DNA of 54,244 nt from an uncultured Candidatus Saccharibacteria bacterium (GCA_964348645.1 CAYGDK010000001.1:14426-68669), one strand, 5' to 3'. Numbered from the stretch's first letter, positions 25,674 through 35,766 are shown. The notes: generated by a model from the letters alone, not told the origin. Program-made: numbers and translations.

Positions 25674-26779
25674 CTAAATGCTTCCGAAGGGTAGACCGAG
25701 CTAATAAACTTTACGGACGGAACCATTGCGAGCAGCGAAATGATTAACGTCAGTAACAGCGTCTGCCAAACCGCTTTAAATGTAAGAGCGATCGGAATAT
25801 CTATTAATTTGGGCAACAAATAATTAGCAGCTACTACGATTAGTAAACCAATCACAAAACCTATCAGTACCAATAAGAATGCTTGGAAGTAGGTCATTAA
25901 TGACAAAGTTCGATCGTTGAAACCAATTGCTTTCATAACCCCTAACTCTCGCCGACGTTCGTTAATTGAGCTGTAGAGGACTATCCCAACTATCATAGTG
26001 CCCAAGATGACAGCCACCGCTGTCATCATATTAAGAATTGGGGCGAAGGACTCAGCCTGCGACTCATCAGCTACTGCTATTTGTTCGGCTTTAGTCTTAG
26101 CACTAAGATTATCGAACTGATCTTCGATACTGTTTATAACTTCTTTAGCAGGAGCGTCACCGCTCAGCTCAAGTAGGGCAAATGTTGCATAACCCGGTGC
26201 GGGATAGATGTCGCGTGAGATCTTCTGAGTCACCCAGGAATGATTACGGCCGAAACTTTTACCTTCTGGCACTAATCCTGCCACCTCCCAGTTACGGTCG
26301 ATACCGATAATTTTCAGTTGATCACCGACATCCAGGTGCAATGCTTTCGCAAGCGAAGAAGGAATGACTATCTGCGAATCATCAATGATACGACTGCCGG
26401 CAACTACCGGCCAAGGACCGTAATCTGTATTGCTCGGCTCGTACCCAGAGATATAGAGATCGTATACTTTCCCATCGCGTTCCAATCCGGCTCGAGTGTT
26501 GAATACTGGCGTCACTTTAGCCACCCCGTTAATTGATTGGATACTGGTTAAGGTAGCAAGCGGTATGGGGGTTGAGGCCTGGTAGTAGGCGCTCACTCCC
26601 CTTGGGAATACAAAGATGTCCGTGTTAATTTCTTCAACAAACTTTACGTCGCGTTTTAACGACCCGTTATAAATAGCTTGCATCATCAACATCAAAACAA
26701 TCGACAAAGTAATGCCAGCAATACTAAGTATCAGCCGGCCAGAATCTTTACTTAGAGTACGCCAAACAATCAGTAACAT
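25670..26779 (-). CDS. ABC transporter permease, FtsX/MacB type
   Basis: 369 aa with one N-terminal TM, a large extracytoplasmic domain and a C-terminal FtsX-like 3-TM bundle. Overlaps the ATPase gene by 4 nt. Confidence 0.8.
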   Translation of the reverse strand: MLLIVWRTLSKDSGRLILSIAGITLSIVLMLMMQAIYNGSLKRDVKFVEEINTDIFVFPRGVSAYYQASTPIPLATLTSIQSINGVAKVTPVFNTRAGLERDGKVYDLYISGYEPSNTDYGPWPVVAGSRIIDDSQIVIPSSLAKALHLDVGDQLKIIGIDRNWEVAGLVPEGKSFGRNHSWVTQKISRDIYPAPGYATFALLELSGDAPAKEVINSIEDQFDNLSAKTKAEQIAVADESQAESFAPILNMMTAVAVILGTMIVGIVLYSSINERRRELGVMKAIGFNDRTLSLMTYFQAFLLVLIGFVIGLLIVVAANYLLPKLIDIPIALTFKAVWQTLLLTLIISLLAMVPSVKFISSVYPSEAFR

Positions 26780-26840
26780 CTCAGTAATAGTAGCTTACTA
26801 AGGCCCCGACTGAACAGACTTACCCATCAATTTTCAACCA

Positions 26841-26874
26841 AAGAAAAAGGCCTGAGGCAGTTAGCCTCAAGCCT
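26841..26874 (-). terminator. Intrinsic terminator after the DUF3768 gene
   Basis: AGGC-C-TGAGGC/GCCTCA-A-GCCT hairpin followed by T5 on the minus strand. Confidence 0.6.
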
Positions 26875-26879
26875 GATTC

Positions 26880-27194
26880 TTAATACTCTGAAGCCAGCAT
26901 CACCGTCAGCACTCGCTTGCAGTTGTCGGACAGTGGATCGCACCAGCCGCTGTAGGTCGGATTGTGGTAGTCAATCTTCCAGAAGATCTTCTTCCCGTAC
27001 CAGCTGAGCGAACCGAAATCATGCTCGCCGTACGGATCGTTACCCTCCGTGAACGCATTGTAGTTGCGCACCGCGTGTAATAACCCCTCGACCTTCGGCA
27101 ACGCGTGAACGCCCTGAGTCAGCGTAATCCCGAATCCCAACTCCCGAAACCGATCGTTGAATCGTGCCTGTTTCGATAAAACCTTTGTAGTCAT
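26880..27194 (-). CDS. DUF3768-family protein (plasmid/ICE-associated)
   Basis: 104 aa with NDPYGEHDFGS...FWKIDYH...RVLTVMLASEY, the signature I associate with DUF3768. Confidence 0.65.
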   Translation of the reverse strand: MTTKVLSKQARFNDRFRELGFGITLTQGVHALPKVEGLLHAVRNYNAFTEGNDPYGEHDFGSLSWYGKKIFWKIDYHNPTYSGWCDPLSDNCKRVLTVMLASEY

Positions 27195-27391
27195 GTTTAC
27201 CTCCTCAATAAGTTACTTCTCTGTCGGGCTTGGTCGACCTTCCTGCCCTTCGACAAAAGAGCAAGGGCAGCATGCCGGCGGGGTCAAGGTGGAGCCCTTC
27301 CTTAGCCCATCTATATAAAAGGGACGACCTTGAGGCCGTCGGACCTGTCCTTACGATGAGGAGGGTGGGCAGGAGAAAAATCATTTTGCAC

Positions 27392-27432
27392 AAAAAAAAG
27401 CACCCCATCTGACCTTTTGGGACAGACAGGGG
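27392..27432 (-). terminator. Probable intrinsic terminator after ORF 27508..28221
   Basis: Imperfect hairpin CCCCTGTCTGTC...TCAGATGGGG followed by T8 on the minus strand. Confidence 0.5.
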
Positions 27433-27507
27433 CTAGAGAAAGCTGGGCGGATGCCTAGCAACAGATTTGTGGGGTCCGAGACTGCGCTCGTGACCGGGCT
27501 TCGAGTG

Positions 27508-28221
27508 CTACGAAGTTGTGTAGTATTGAACTCGATTGCGATTTGGCCGTATTTTCCCGTCCTTACCTTGGAAGGCATTCAGGGCACTGAACGAATCGAG
27601 GGAAAGCTTTTCGAATGCTTCCATGTCCTCATATTCGCGCTTAGCCAGACCGACACGACCGCGAACCCAGGGTAAAAACAGCCGAGCGAGCACTGTTGTT
27701 GCCTCAAGTCTGGAGAGCTCGAGCATGTGCTCAGTACTCTCCGGCTTCAAGAGGGAAATTCGCGGCAAGAAGCGTTCAGGGGAAATGGGCTTCCCCTTCT
27801 TGCTGACATGCTCTTCAAAGTCAAAGAGACCAAGTACCCATTCTGCTTCATTGGTCATGCCGCAGAACAGAAGGGTATAGACTCTAAAGCCGTTTTCTAC
27901 ACCTTTGATTTCTCGGGTGACGTGCTCGGTTTTCCCGTACGCTTCCCAGTGTCCGATGACACGAGTTGCCCCAGTGTAACCACTTTCACCTGGAATGACC
28001 TCCGGCTTGTAGTCCTCGATCCGCTTATTAGTCCCCCTTGGGCCTGCATGCGCGTTGTCGTAGAGCTCAAGAAGCGAGTGTTTCGCAAGCTTGGGCATGA
28101 CAGGCCTTAGGGCTTCAAGATAGGCGTCGAGTGCTGCAGCCTGTTCTGCTCGTGAGAGTTCCCTTCCAAATCTGAAAGGAAGGCCGTCGAACTTGATTGG
28201 CGATGTGCTTGATGAGGACAT
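27508..28221 (-). CDS. Hypothetical 237-aa protein, no family recognised
   Basis: I prefer ATG 28221 (MSSSSTSPIKF...), which has GGAGGTGGGG upstream, over the track start at 28299. Confidence 0.6.
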   Translation of the reverse strand: MSSSSTSPIKFDGLPFRFGRELSRAEQAAALDAYLEALRPVMPKLAKHSLLELYDNAHAGPRGTNKRIEDYKPEVIPGESGYTGATRVIGHWEAYGKTEHVTREIKGVENGFRVYTLLFCGMTNEAEWVLGLFDFEEHVSKKGKPISPERFLPRISLLKPESTEHMLELSRLEATTVLARLFLPWVRGRVGLAKREYEDMEAFEKLSLDSFSALNAFQGKDGKIRPNRNRVQYYTTS

Positions 28222-28320
28222 TTCCCCACCTCCATTTGTAAAGTACCTCTGGCATTCCAGTGGCGCGCTAACGGTATCAAAAAATAGGGTGCATAGCAAT
28301 TGTCTTATAGGCTCTGGTAG

Positions 28321-28349
28321 TTGACTTTTCAGGTTAAAGGTGCTATCAT
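28321..28349 (+). promoter_or_regulatory. Canonical sigma70-type promoter
   Basis: TTGACT-17 nt-TATCAT, 27 nt upstream of the GTG at 28376 (GGAGGTG SD). Confidence 0.55.
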
Positions 28350-28375
28350 TCAGCCTGTTTCGGAGGTGAAAATCA

Positions 28376-28648
28376 GTGAACAGTCATGCCCTTTGGATGA
28401 TCGTGTCCGGCCTAACCGGATTCAGCTGTTTCGTGATCATCCACTTCACGAAACTATTAAAAAACCCGCGATACGCCGCAATGTTGCAGCTTGCCGCTAA
28501 CACGTTCGTGTTCGTTAGCTGGGGTTCGGCTTTCTTGGCCTCATCTGGCCTGATGAAAGCATTTGCCTTTGGTGGAACGGTCGTGCCGGTTATCATGGCA
28601 ACCTTCACCATCCGCAAAGTCTTCTGGCCCAAGAACAAGTCCGCCTAG
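28376..28648 (+). CDS. Small 3-TM membrane protein, unknown function
   Basis: 90 aa with three hydrophobic helices, a GTG start and a GGAGGTG SD. Confidence 0.55.
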   Translation: MNSHALWMIVSGLTGFSCFVIIHFTKLLKNPRYAAMLQLAANTFVFVSWGSAFLASSGLMKAFAFGGTVVPVIMATFTIRKVFWPKNKSA

Positions 28649-28741
28649 CGCAACGCTCGGCGGACATTTATTTACCCTAGAATTTCGGTCAATTTTCCGG
28701 CATAATCCCCATGTCTGGTTTCGGCCAGCAGGAGGCAGCGA

Positions 28742-29203
28742 GTGATTAAAGGCACTTTACAAGGACAGGGTGAGTTGGCGACTGAATTTAACCGGTTGTC
28801 GTGCGAGATTCATCGTGATTTTCACGATGAGCCAAACAGCTACTATCGTGGCAAGGGCACCGAGACTCTTTTCGTGATGACGGGGCGCAGAGCAATGTCT
28901 GACGAAGAGTTCTTAAGGGTGATGGGCTTGGTCGATCAATGCGACCTCCCGATCTTGGCGAGATGCCACGCCAAATATGGTGGGTTTATCTTTGCCCTCA
29001 CCAACCCCAGCAGTAGTGACGAGCCGGAGATCTTATTCGGTTTTGAAATTGGTCAAGTGCCCGTAAAATATCGTCCCAGCCTTAGGAGGCGATATAGCGG
29101 CAAAAAGAACCGTATTCTCTTGGGGGCTTACGGCGAGGCCAAGAACGTTGAAGAATTGCTGCCGTATCTCGACACTTCCCACTCCAAAACGTGGGGAAAA
29201 TGA
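28742..29203 (+). CDS. Hypothetical 153-aa protein, no family recognised
   Basis: GTG start with an AGGAGG SD; soluble composition. Confidence 0.5.
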   Translation: MIKGTLQGQGELATEFNRLSCEIHRDFHDEPNSYYRGKGTETLFVMTGRRAMSDEEFLRVMGLVDQCDLPILARCHAKYGGFIFALTNPSSSDEPEILFGFEIGQVPVKYRPSLRRRYSGKKNRILLGAYGEAKNVEELLPYLDTSHSKTWGK

Positions 29204-29375
29204 CGACAAACGGTTTTCGGGCGTGGAGGATTTTATTCTCCACGCCATTCTTATACCCACGTATTTTACTATGAACTGAACCATATTTGGAGTAGAATTC
29301 GGACAATAAATGAGCACAAAATAGACTAATACCTCACATGAAAATTACATCAGCAATTCAATTGAGCAAGTCACT

Positions 29376-30158
29376 GTGACTGATATTCGCGCCGAAATTA
29401 CAGGAGATGTGCAAAAGATTGTAGCCCGCCACGACTTACACCTCCGCGGTTCTTGGCTATATGGCGAACAACACTTTGTTGCTGTAGAGAACCGGCTATT
29501 CTCACTCTCGGACATAGACATAATTTCCGATAGAGAACTTGCCACCCCATCTGAGGAGCTGGTTCGAACGGATATTAAAGCAGCTACTGAGAACATTTTA
29601 TTGTTTCCGCCAGCCATTTCTATTCGAAACGTAGCTATAAGCAATGACGCTTCCCAAGTAATTAACCACAATACGTTATTTTGGGCATATATTGCTCTAT
29701 TTGAATTGAAGAATTCACTGCAAGAATCCCAGCCTAATACCTACTGCGATACTGAATCGTATTTCTTGAATAAGTTTTTGCTGAATATATGGCGAAACTT
29801 ACTTTTCGAAGCAGGCAAGTCGCCAACGTCCTACTCATCTATCGTAGATGCGCTGGATGATCTACCTGACCATGATAAGAAGGGCATACTTTTAATTAAA
29901 AAGGGTGAATACCGTTCTCGCGAAGCCCCATCTTTAATATCCAAGTTTCATGACTATACAGCGGCATGGGTAAAAGAAAATTCTCGTAACGAGATCCGCA
30001 GTGGTTTACTGGATATATTAGTAGGAGAAGCTCACCGCAGAGATTTTTCATTAATTTTTAGCGAATTGAGCCAGGTAGCTATAACAGGGACAGAGTTTGA
30101 TGTAATTGCTTACTCCCAAGCTAGGATTGGGAGAGTGGGCAGGAGAAAAAAACTTTGA
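29376..30158 (+). CDS. Hypothetical protein with a possible minimal nucleotidyltransferase (pol-beta-like) N-terminal motif
   Basis: LHLRGSWLYGE...LFSLSDIDIIS could be a GS...DxD NTase motif with long spacing. I could not identify a third acidic residue. The C-terminal half is helical. Confidence 0.4.
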   Translation: MTDIRAEITGDVQKIVARHDLHLRGSWLYGEQHFVAVENRLFSLSDIDIISDRELATPSEELVRTDIKAATENILLFPPAISIRNVAISNDASQVINHNTLFWAYIALFELKNSLQESQPNTYCDTESYFLNKFLLNIWRNLLFEAGKSPTSYSSIVDALDDLPDHDKKGILLIKKGEYRSREAPSLISKFHDYTAAWVKENSRNEIRSGLLDILVGEAHRRDFSLIFSELSQVAITGTEFDVIAYSQARIGRVGRRKKL

Positions 30159-30255
30159 AAACTTTTATGGTTCAATTTATAGTCAACGAACCATATTACT
30201 GCTAAGATTTATGGAGAAAATGCTCAAAATAAAGATAACTTGCGACTAACGACCG

Positions 30256-33069
30256 ATGTACAAAAATACTGAAGAAAAAACACGTCAAGAAATAATCGAC
30301 ATTCGACTCCAGCACGCTGGGTGGAATGTTAATGATATTTCACAAGTTACTTCAGAATTAGATATTTGGGTTGGCCTACCCGAAACCGTCTCAGAGCCTG
30401 AAAACCCATACCAGGGGCATCAATTTGCCGATTATGCTCTGCTTGGTGATGATGGCTATCCGCTTGCAGTGGTGGAGGCAAAGAAGACTTCTCGCGATGC
30501 ACGGATCGGACAGGAGCAAGCACGCCAATATGCGGAGAACATCAAGGGGGATTCTGATAAAGACATGCCGTTCGTTTTTTACACAAACGGACACGACATA
30601 TATTTCTGGGACACCGAAAAGTTCCCACCACGAAAGGTATACGGCTTTCCCACTAAGAAAGATCTTGAGCGGATGCTCTTTTTACGTAAAAACGAAAAAC
30701 CTCTTTCCCAAGAACTAATTAATAAAGATATTGCTGGCCGCCCTTACCAAATTGAGGCGATTCGCTCTGTTTTTGAAAATCTCGAAAAGGGCAAACGAAA
30801 GTCTTTGCTCGTTATGGCGACAGGAACCGGAAAAACAAGAACCTGTGCCGCGATGATCGACTCGCTCATGCGCGCCAACAAGGTACAAAAGATCCTCTTT
30901 CTTGTAGATCGTATCGCTCTACGGAACCAAGCCCTTGATGCATTCAAAGAGTATTTGCCGAATGCTCCTGTATGGCCAAAGGTGGGCGAGCACGACATCG
31001 CAACAGACAGACGTATTTACTGCGCGACGTACCCAACGATGCTTAATATCATCGAGGATAAGGATTGCCCACTCAGTCCGCATTTCTTCGACATGATCGT
31101 GGCCGATGAAAGTCACCGGTCAATCTACAATGTGTACAAAAATATTTTCGACTATTTTGACACGATCCAGCTCGGCCTTACTGCGACACCAAAAGATGCG
31201 GTTGAGCATAACACCTTTGGTCTCTTCGACTGCGAGGAGGGCGTCCCAACATTTGCCTACTCGTATGAAGAAGCAATTAACAACAAGCCACCTTACCTTT
31301 GTGATTTTGAGGTTCTAAAAGTAAAAACAAAGTTTCAAAAAGAAGGTATCCGAAAGAATAATATTTCTGTTTCAGAACAACAGAAACTTCTTGCTGATGG
31401 CAAGGAACCCGAGGAAATTAACTACGAGGGTAGTGAAATCGAAAAGCGAGTCTCCAATAAAGGCACAAACGCCTTGATCGTTCAGGAGTTCATGGAGAAC
31501 TGCATAAAGGATGAAAGCGGGACGCTGCCAGGGAAGACCGTATTCTTCGCCATGACCATGAAGCACGCCCGAAGGATCCAGGAAGTCTTCGACAATCTCT
31601 ACCCTGAGCACAAAGGTAATCTTGCGAAGGTTATAGTTTCTGATGACTCACGGGTTTATGGAAAAGGCGGTCTACTCGATCAGTTCATCAACAAAGATTT
31701 TCCTCGCATTGCCATCAGCGTAGATATGCTTGATACCGGTATTGATGTACGCGAGCTAGTAAATCTCGTATTCGCCAAGCCGGTCTTTTCCTACACAAAG
31801 TTCTGGCAAATGATTGGCCGAGGGACACGACTTTTGGAGCCAAACAAAATCAAGCCTTGGTGCAAAGAAAAAGATAAGTTCCTAATCATCGACTGCTGGG
31901 ACAACTTTGAGTATTTTCAAATGAACCCAACCGGTAAAATTGATAAGCCATCTAAACCGGTTCCTGTTCGTTTGTTTGAAACGAAATTAGAGAAACTCAG
32001 AGTGGCCCAAGATCAGAATCTCACTCAGGTTGTAGATACTACCGTTCAAAAAATTAAAGAAGATATTGAGAAGCTGCCACAAAACAACGTCGTAGTCTTA
32101 GATGCTCAAAGCAAAATCAGTAAGCTAGACGAAACTTTCTGGCACAAGCTCACCGATGATAAGATGCTCTTCCTTCAAAAAGAGATCGCGCCACTAATGC
32201 GAACGCGCACTGGCGAAGACTACAAGGCTATGGGCTTTGAGATTAGAGTAATGAACTACTCAGCTACTAAGCTTCTTGGAACCGTGGAGTCAGCCGAGAA
32301 AGTACAAACCCTTCGGGACGTAATTATCGAAATGGTCTCTGACCTTCCACTTACGATTAATATCGTTGCAAAGGAAAGGGAACTTATCGAGAGCATCCTC
32401 AACAGCGCCTATCTCGAAGAAGCGGACGAGGATGAGCTCAATACAGTTATTGAAAAGATTGCCCCACTCATGAAGTACCGAGAGGAAGGCATTAAGCCTG
32501 ACCAGGACGAACACAACTTCAAAGATCAAACGAGCGAGAAAGAATATATAAAATTTGGGCCAGCACACGAGCGGATCACAGTACTCAAATATCGAGAAAA
32601 AGTTGAGGCGCTCGTAAAAAGTCTGGAAGAAGATAACCCTATTCTGCAAAAGATTAAACAGGGCGAAGATATCTCGCATGAAGAGGTAGAGCAGCTTGCT
32701 ACCACTCTTGGCGGATACGAGCCGTACCCAACTGAAGAGAACCTCCAAAAAGCATACGATGCTCGTAAGGTAGCTTTCCTTGACCTTATCAAGCACATCA
32801 TGGGGATGGGCGGACTGGTGACATTCCCGGAAAAGGTATCCGAAGCCTTTGCCGAATTTATCGCCGATCATAATACCCTAGCCCCAAACCAGATTCAGTT
32901 CCTGATCGTGCTTCGCGACTTTATCATCAACAATGGGGATCTGACCAAAAAAGACCTTGTGCAAGAGCCATTCACCAAATTGCACACACGAGGCTTCCTG
33001 GGACTCTTCACTCCACAACTTCAGACAGAGATTCTGACCCTCACTAATAGAGTTCTGCACCATGCTTAA
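30256..33069 (+). CDS. hsdR: Type I restriction enzyme R subunit
   Basis: 937 aa with an N-terminal HSDR_N-like region, helicase motifs VMATGTGKTRT and IVADESHRS, and a C-terminal EcoEI-R-like tail. Confidence 0.92.
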   Translation: MYKNTEEKTRQEIIDIRLQHAGWNVNDISQVTSELDIWVGLPETVSEPENPYQGHQFADYALLGDDGYPLAVVEAKKTSRDARIGQEQARQYAENIKGDSDKDMPFVFYTNGHDIYFWDTEKFPPRKVYGFPTKKDLERMLFLRKNEKPLSQELINKDIAGRPYQIEAIRSVFENLEKGKRKSLLVMATGTGKTRTCAAMIDSLMRANKVQKILFLVDRIALRNQALDAFKEYLPNAPVWPKVGEHDIATDRRIYCATYPTMLNIIEDKDCPLSPHFFDMIVADESHRSIYNVYKNIFDYFDTIQLGLTATPKDAVEHNTFGLFDCEEGVPTFAYSYEEAINNKPPYLCDFEVLKVKTKFQKEGIRKNNISVSEQQKLLADGKEPEEINYEGSEIEKRVSNKGTNALIVQEFMENCIKDESGTLPGKTVFFAMTMKHARRIQEVFDNLYPEHKGNLAKVIVSDDSRVYGKGGLLDQFINKDFPRIAISVDMLDTGIDVRELVNLVFAKPVFSYTKFWQMIGRGTRLLEPNKIKPWCKEKDKFLIIDCWDNFEYFQMNPTGKIDKPSKPVPVRLFETKLEKLRVAQDQNLTQVVDTTVQKIKEDIEKLPQNNVVVLDAQSKISKLDETFWHKLTDDKMLFLQKEIAPLMRTRTGEDYKAMGFEIRVMNYSATKLLGTVESAEKVQTLRDVIIEMVSDLPLTINIVAKERELIESILNSAYLEEADEDELNTVIEKIAPLMKYREEGIKPDQDEHNFKDQTSEKEYIKFGPAHERITVLKYREKVEALVKSLEEDNPILQKIKQGEDISHEEVEQLATTLGGYEPYPTEENLQKAYDARKVAFLDLIKHIMGMGGLVTFPEKVSEAFAEFIADHNTLAPNQIQFLIVLRDFIINNGDLTKKDLVQEPFTKLHTRGFLGLFTPQLQTEILTLTNRVLHHA

Positions 33070-34588
33070 TACCAAGCTGAAATCATCAATCGGTCGCCTT
33101 TGGGATAAGTTCTGGAGTGGTGGTATCTCAAACCCCCTTACCGCTATTGAGCAAATCTCGTACCTGCTCTTCATGAAACGATTAGATGAGATGGATATCA
33201 AAAAGAAACAGGACGCGGAGTTTACCGGCGAAGCGTACAAGCCGGTATTCCATGATGAATATGAGACGTTTCGCTGGAGCCATTTTAGGCATATGGAGGG
33301 TGGGGAGATGCTAACCCATATTCAAACAAAGGTTTTCCCGTTTCTAAAAACACTCGGCAAAGAAGAGAGCCCTTTCGCAAAACACATGGGTAATGCCGTA
33401 TTTATTATTTCCAAACCTTCTCTCCTCGTAGAGGCAGTAGGTATCATCGACGAGATATTTGAGGAAATTTCTACCCAGGACACAAAAGGCCAGGGTTTTC
33501 AGGATACCCAGGGAGACATCTATGAATACCTTCTCTCAGAAATCACGAGCGCTGGTAAGTTGGGCCAGTTCCGTACACCGCGCCATATTATCCAGCTCAT
33601 CTGCGAACTAGTAGATCCTAAGCTTGGCGACACTATCTGCGATCCTGCCTGTGGTACGGGCGGGTTTCTCCTCGGTGCCTACCAACACATTGTCACGGCT
33701 TACACGAACAAAGAGCACCAAAAGACCGATGAAAATGGCTTAACTCGCGGAGACCTAGGAGATAAACTGACCGATGAGCGTCAGTGGCACCACCTCAAAG
33801 AGAAAACCTTCTATGGTTACGATATGGACGAAAGCATGGTCCGTATCGGCCTGATGAACTTAATGATGCACGGGATTTCTAGTCCTAATATCGAGCAGAA
33901 AGATACTCTTTCTAAGAAATATGATGAGGACGGACGCTATGACGTAATCATGGCTAACCCCCCTTTTAAGGGAAGTATCGACAAGGGTGACATTAATGAG
34001 TCGCTTTCACTCAATACCACCAAGACTGAGCTGCTGTTTATCAACAAAATTATTCAGTCTCTAAAAATTGGTGGCAGAGCAGGCGTGATAGTACCTGACG
34101 GCGTTCTCTTTGGTTCGAGCAATGCACATAAGCAGGCTCGTCAGATGCTGCTTAATGACTGCGAACTTCAGGGAGTCATTTCTATGCCGAGCGGCGTGTT
34201 CAAGCCATACGCCGGGGTCAGCACCGCTATTCTCATCTTCGTAAAGGGTGGAGAAACTGAAAAAGTTTGGTTCTATGACATGCAGTCAGATGGCTATAGC
34301 CTAGACGACAAGCGCACCAAGATAAATGGCGGCGGAGACTTGCCTGACATTGTTGATAAATGGAAAACCAGAAAAGAACAAACTGAGAATAAGCTAAACA
34401 GCAAGTTTTTCTACGTCGATAAGAAAGAGATCGAAGACAACGGCTTTGACCTGAGTATTAACCGCTACAAAGTTACCGATCACGAAGATGTGAGCTACGA
34501 GGATCCGGAAGTGATTCTCGAAAAAATTGAGACACTAGAGCAAGAAATTCTTACAGGACTCAGCGAAATTAAAAATTTAGAAGTATGA
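33062..34588 (+). CDS. hsdM: Type I R-M N6-adenine DNA methyltransferase subunit
   Basis: N-terminal HsdM_N motif, SAM motif DPACGTGGFL, catalytic NPPFKG. Overlaps hsdR by 8 nt. Confidence 0.93.
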   Translation: MLNTKLKSSIGRLWDKFWSGGISNPLTAIEQISYLLFMKRLDEMDIKKKQDAEFTGEAYKPVFHDEYETFRWSHFRHMEGGEMLTHIQTKVFPFLKTLGKEESPFAKHMGNAVFIISKPSLLVEAVGIIDEIFEEISTQDTKGQGFQDTQGDIYEYLLSEITSAGKLGQFRTPRHIIQLICELVDPKLGDTICDPACGTGGFLLGAYQHIVTAYTNKEHQKTDENGLTRGDLGDKLTDERQWHHLKEKTFYGYDMDESMVRIGLMNLMMHGISSPNIEQKDTLSKKYDEDGRYDVIMANPPFKGSIDKGDINESLSLNTTKTELLFINKIIQSLKIGGRAGVIVPDGVLFGSSNAHKQARQMLLNDCELQGVISMPSGVFKPYAGVSTAILIFVKGGETEKVWFYDMQSDGYSLDDKRTKINGGGDLPDIVDKWKTRKEQTENKLNSKFFYVDKKEIEDNGFDLSINRYKVTDHEDVSYEDPEVILEKIETLEQEILTGLSEIKNLEV

Positions 34589-35754
34589 AGGAAGTAAAAA
34601 TCGGAACCATTGCTAAGGTTTTCAACGGCTACGCGTTTAACAGTACTGACTACGTCAAAGAGGGATACCGGGTAATAAGGATCACAAATGTTCAGAAGGG
34701 ATTTATTACAAATTCCAGTCGAAAATTTATAGACCTTAAAAATAAATTATTGGAACGATTTATTTTGAAGCAAGGCGATATATTAATCTCATTAACCGGG
34801 AATGTTGGAAGAGTTGGGAAAGTTACAAATGAAATATTGCCCGCAGTACTCAATCAACGAGTTGGTAAGATAGTAATTACTTCTAAGGACGTAGTGCCCG
34901 ACTATCTTTTTCATATATTGAATAGCAATATTTTTGAAACCAGGTTGATTGAAAAATCAAAAGGCATTGCACAAAAGAATATCGGATCATCTGACATTGA
35001 AAGTTTGTTAATCCCCCTCCCGTCACTTGAAAAGCAAAAACATATTGTGAATGTTCTTGACCAGGCTAATAGTCTCCGAGAAAAACGTAAGGAAGCAATT
35101 GCGTTATTAGACGAATATTTGAAGTCGATATTTTTAAACTTGTTCGGCGACCCTGTTAATAACCCAAAAGCGTGGCCTAGTGGGAAGGTACAGGATTTGG
35201 TCTCTGATGTTAGATATGGAACAAGCGCCGTTGCTAGTTCAGAGGGAGAATACCCCTATCTGAGAATGAATAACATCACATACTCGGGAGAGCTTGATAT
35301 CTCAAAGTTAAAATTCATAAATCTTTCTGATGGTGAAAAGGAAAAGTATCTTGCAAAAAAGGGAGACTTACTATTTAACAGAACAAACAGCAAGGAGTTA
35401 GTCGGCAAGACAACTGTCTATAACCTAGATAAGCCTATGGCTATTGCTGGCTATTTGATTCGAGCTAGGACAAATGAGTTAGCTGTCCCGGAATATATTT
35501 CCGGTTACCTAAATTCAAAGCATGGTAAAAAAACTTTAGAAGCAATGTGTAAAAGTATTGTTGGTATGGCAAATATAAATGCGAAAGAGTTGCAGAGTAT
35601 TAAGATACTAATCCCACCTATTGATTTACAAAAGAAATACGCAATGACTGTTGAAAAGGCCGAAGCCCTTAAACGAAAAATGCTTACTCAACTTAAAGAA
35701 ATCGATAGTCAGTTTCACGCTGCCGTGCAAAAGTCATTTAGATATAACGCCTAA
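34585..35754 (+). CDS. hsdS: Type I R-M specificity subunit
   Basis: 389 aa with two target-recognition-domain halves separated by the conserved helix LPSLEKQKHIV...; the second half ends PPIDLQKKYA. ATGA overlap with hsdM; very AT-rich. Confidence 0.9.
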   Translation: MKEVKIGTIAKVFNGYAFNSTDYVKEGYRVIRITNVQKGFITNSSRKFIDLKNKLLERFILKQGDILISLTGNVGRVGKVTNEILPAVLNQRVGKIVITSKDVVPDYLFHILNSNIFETRLIEKSKGIAQKNIGSSDIESLLIPLPSLEKQKHIVNVLDQANSLREKRKEAIALLDEYLKSIFLNLFGDPVNNPKAWPSGKVQDLVSDVRYGTSAVASSEGEYPYLRMNNITYSGELDISKLKFINLSDGEKEKYLAKKGDLLFNRTNSKELVGKTTVYNLDKPMAIAGYLIRARTNELAVPEYISGYLNSKHGKKTLEAMCKSIVGMANINAKELQSIKILIPPIDLQKKYAMTVEKAEALKRKMLTQLKEIDSQFHAAVQKSFRYNA

Positions 35755-35766
35755 AAATGGGGTGAC

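Larger units (their letters stand above)
16256..27194. mobile_element. Gram-positive-type T4SS/conjugation-like module with cargo (putative ICE-like region; boundaries uncertain)
   Basis: Contiguous genes: M23 hydrolase, VirB4 (split), PrgI-like, VirB6-like, VirB2-like, T4CP, replication-relaxation protein, DUF3768. Confidence 0.5.

Noticed and set aside
27195-27507. 313-nt gap examined as a possible structured ncRNA (SRP RNA, 6S, tmRNA and similar)
   Set aside because: I recognised no conserved ncRNA motif. The region is accounted for by a terminator with a T8 tract for the upstream gene plus a promoter/leader hairpin for the DUF3768 gene. The small track ORFs here (27205..27408, 27230..27412, 27381..27578) lack SDs.
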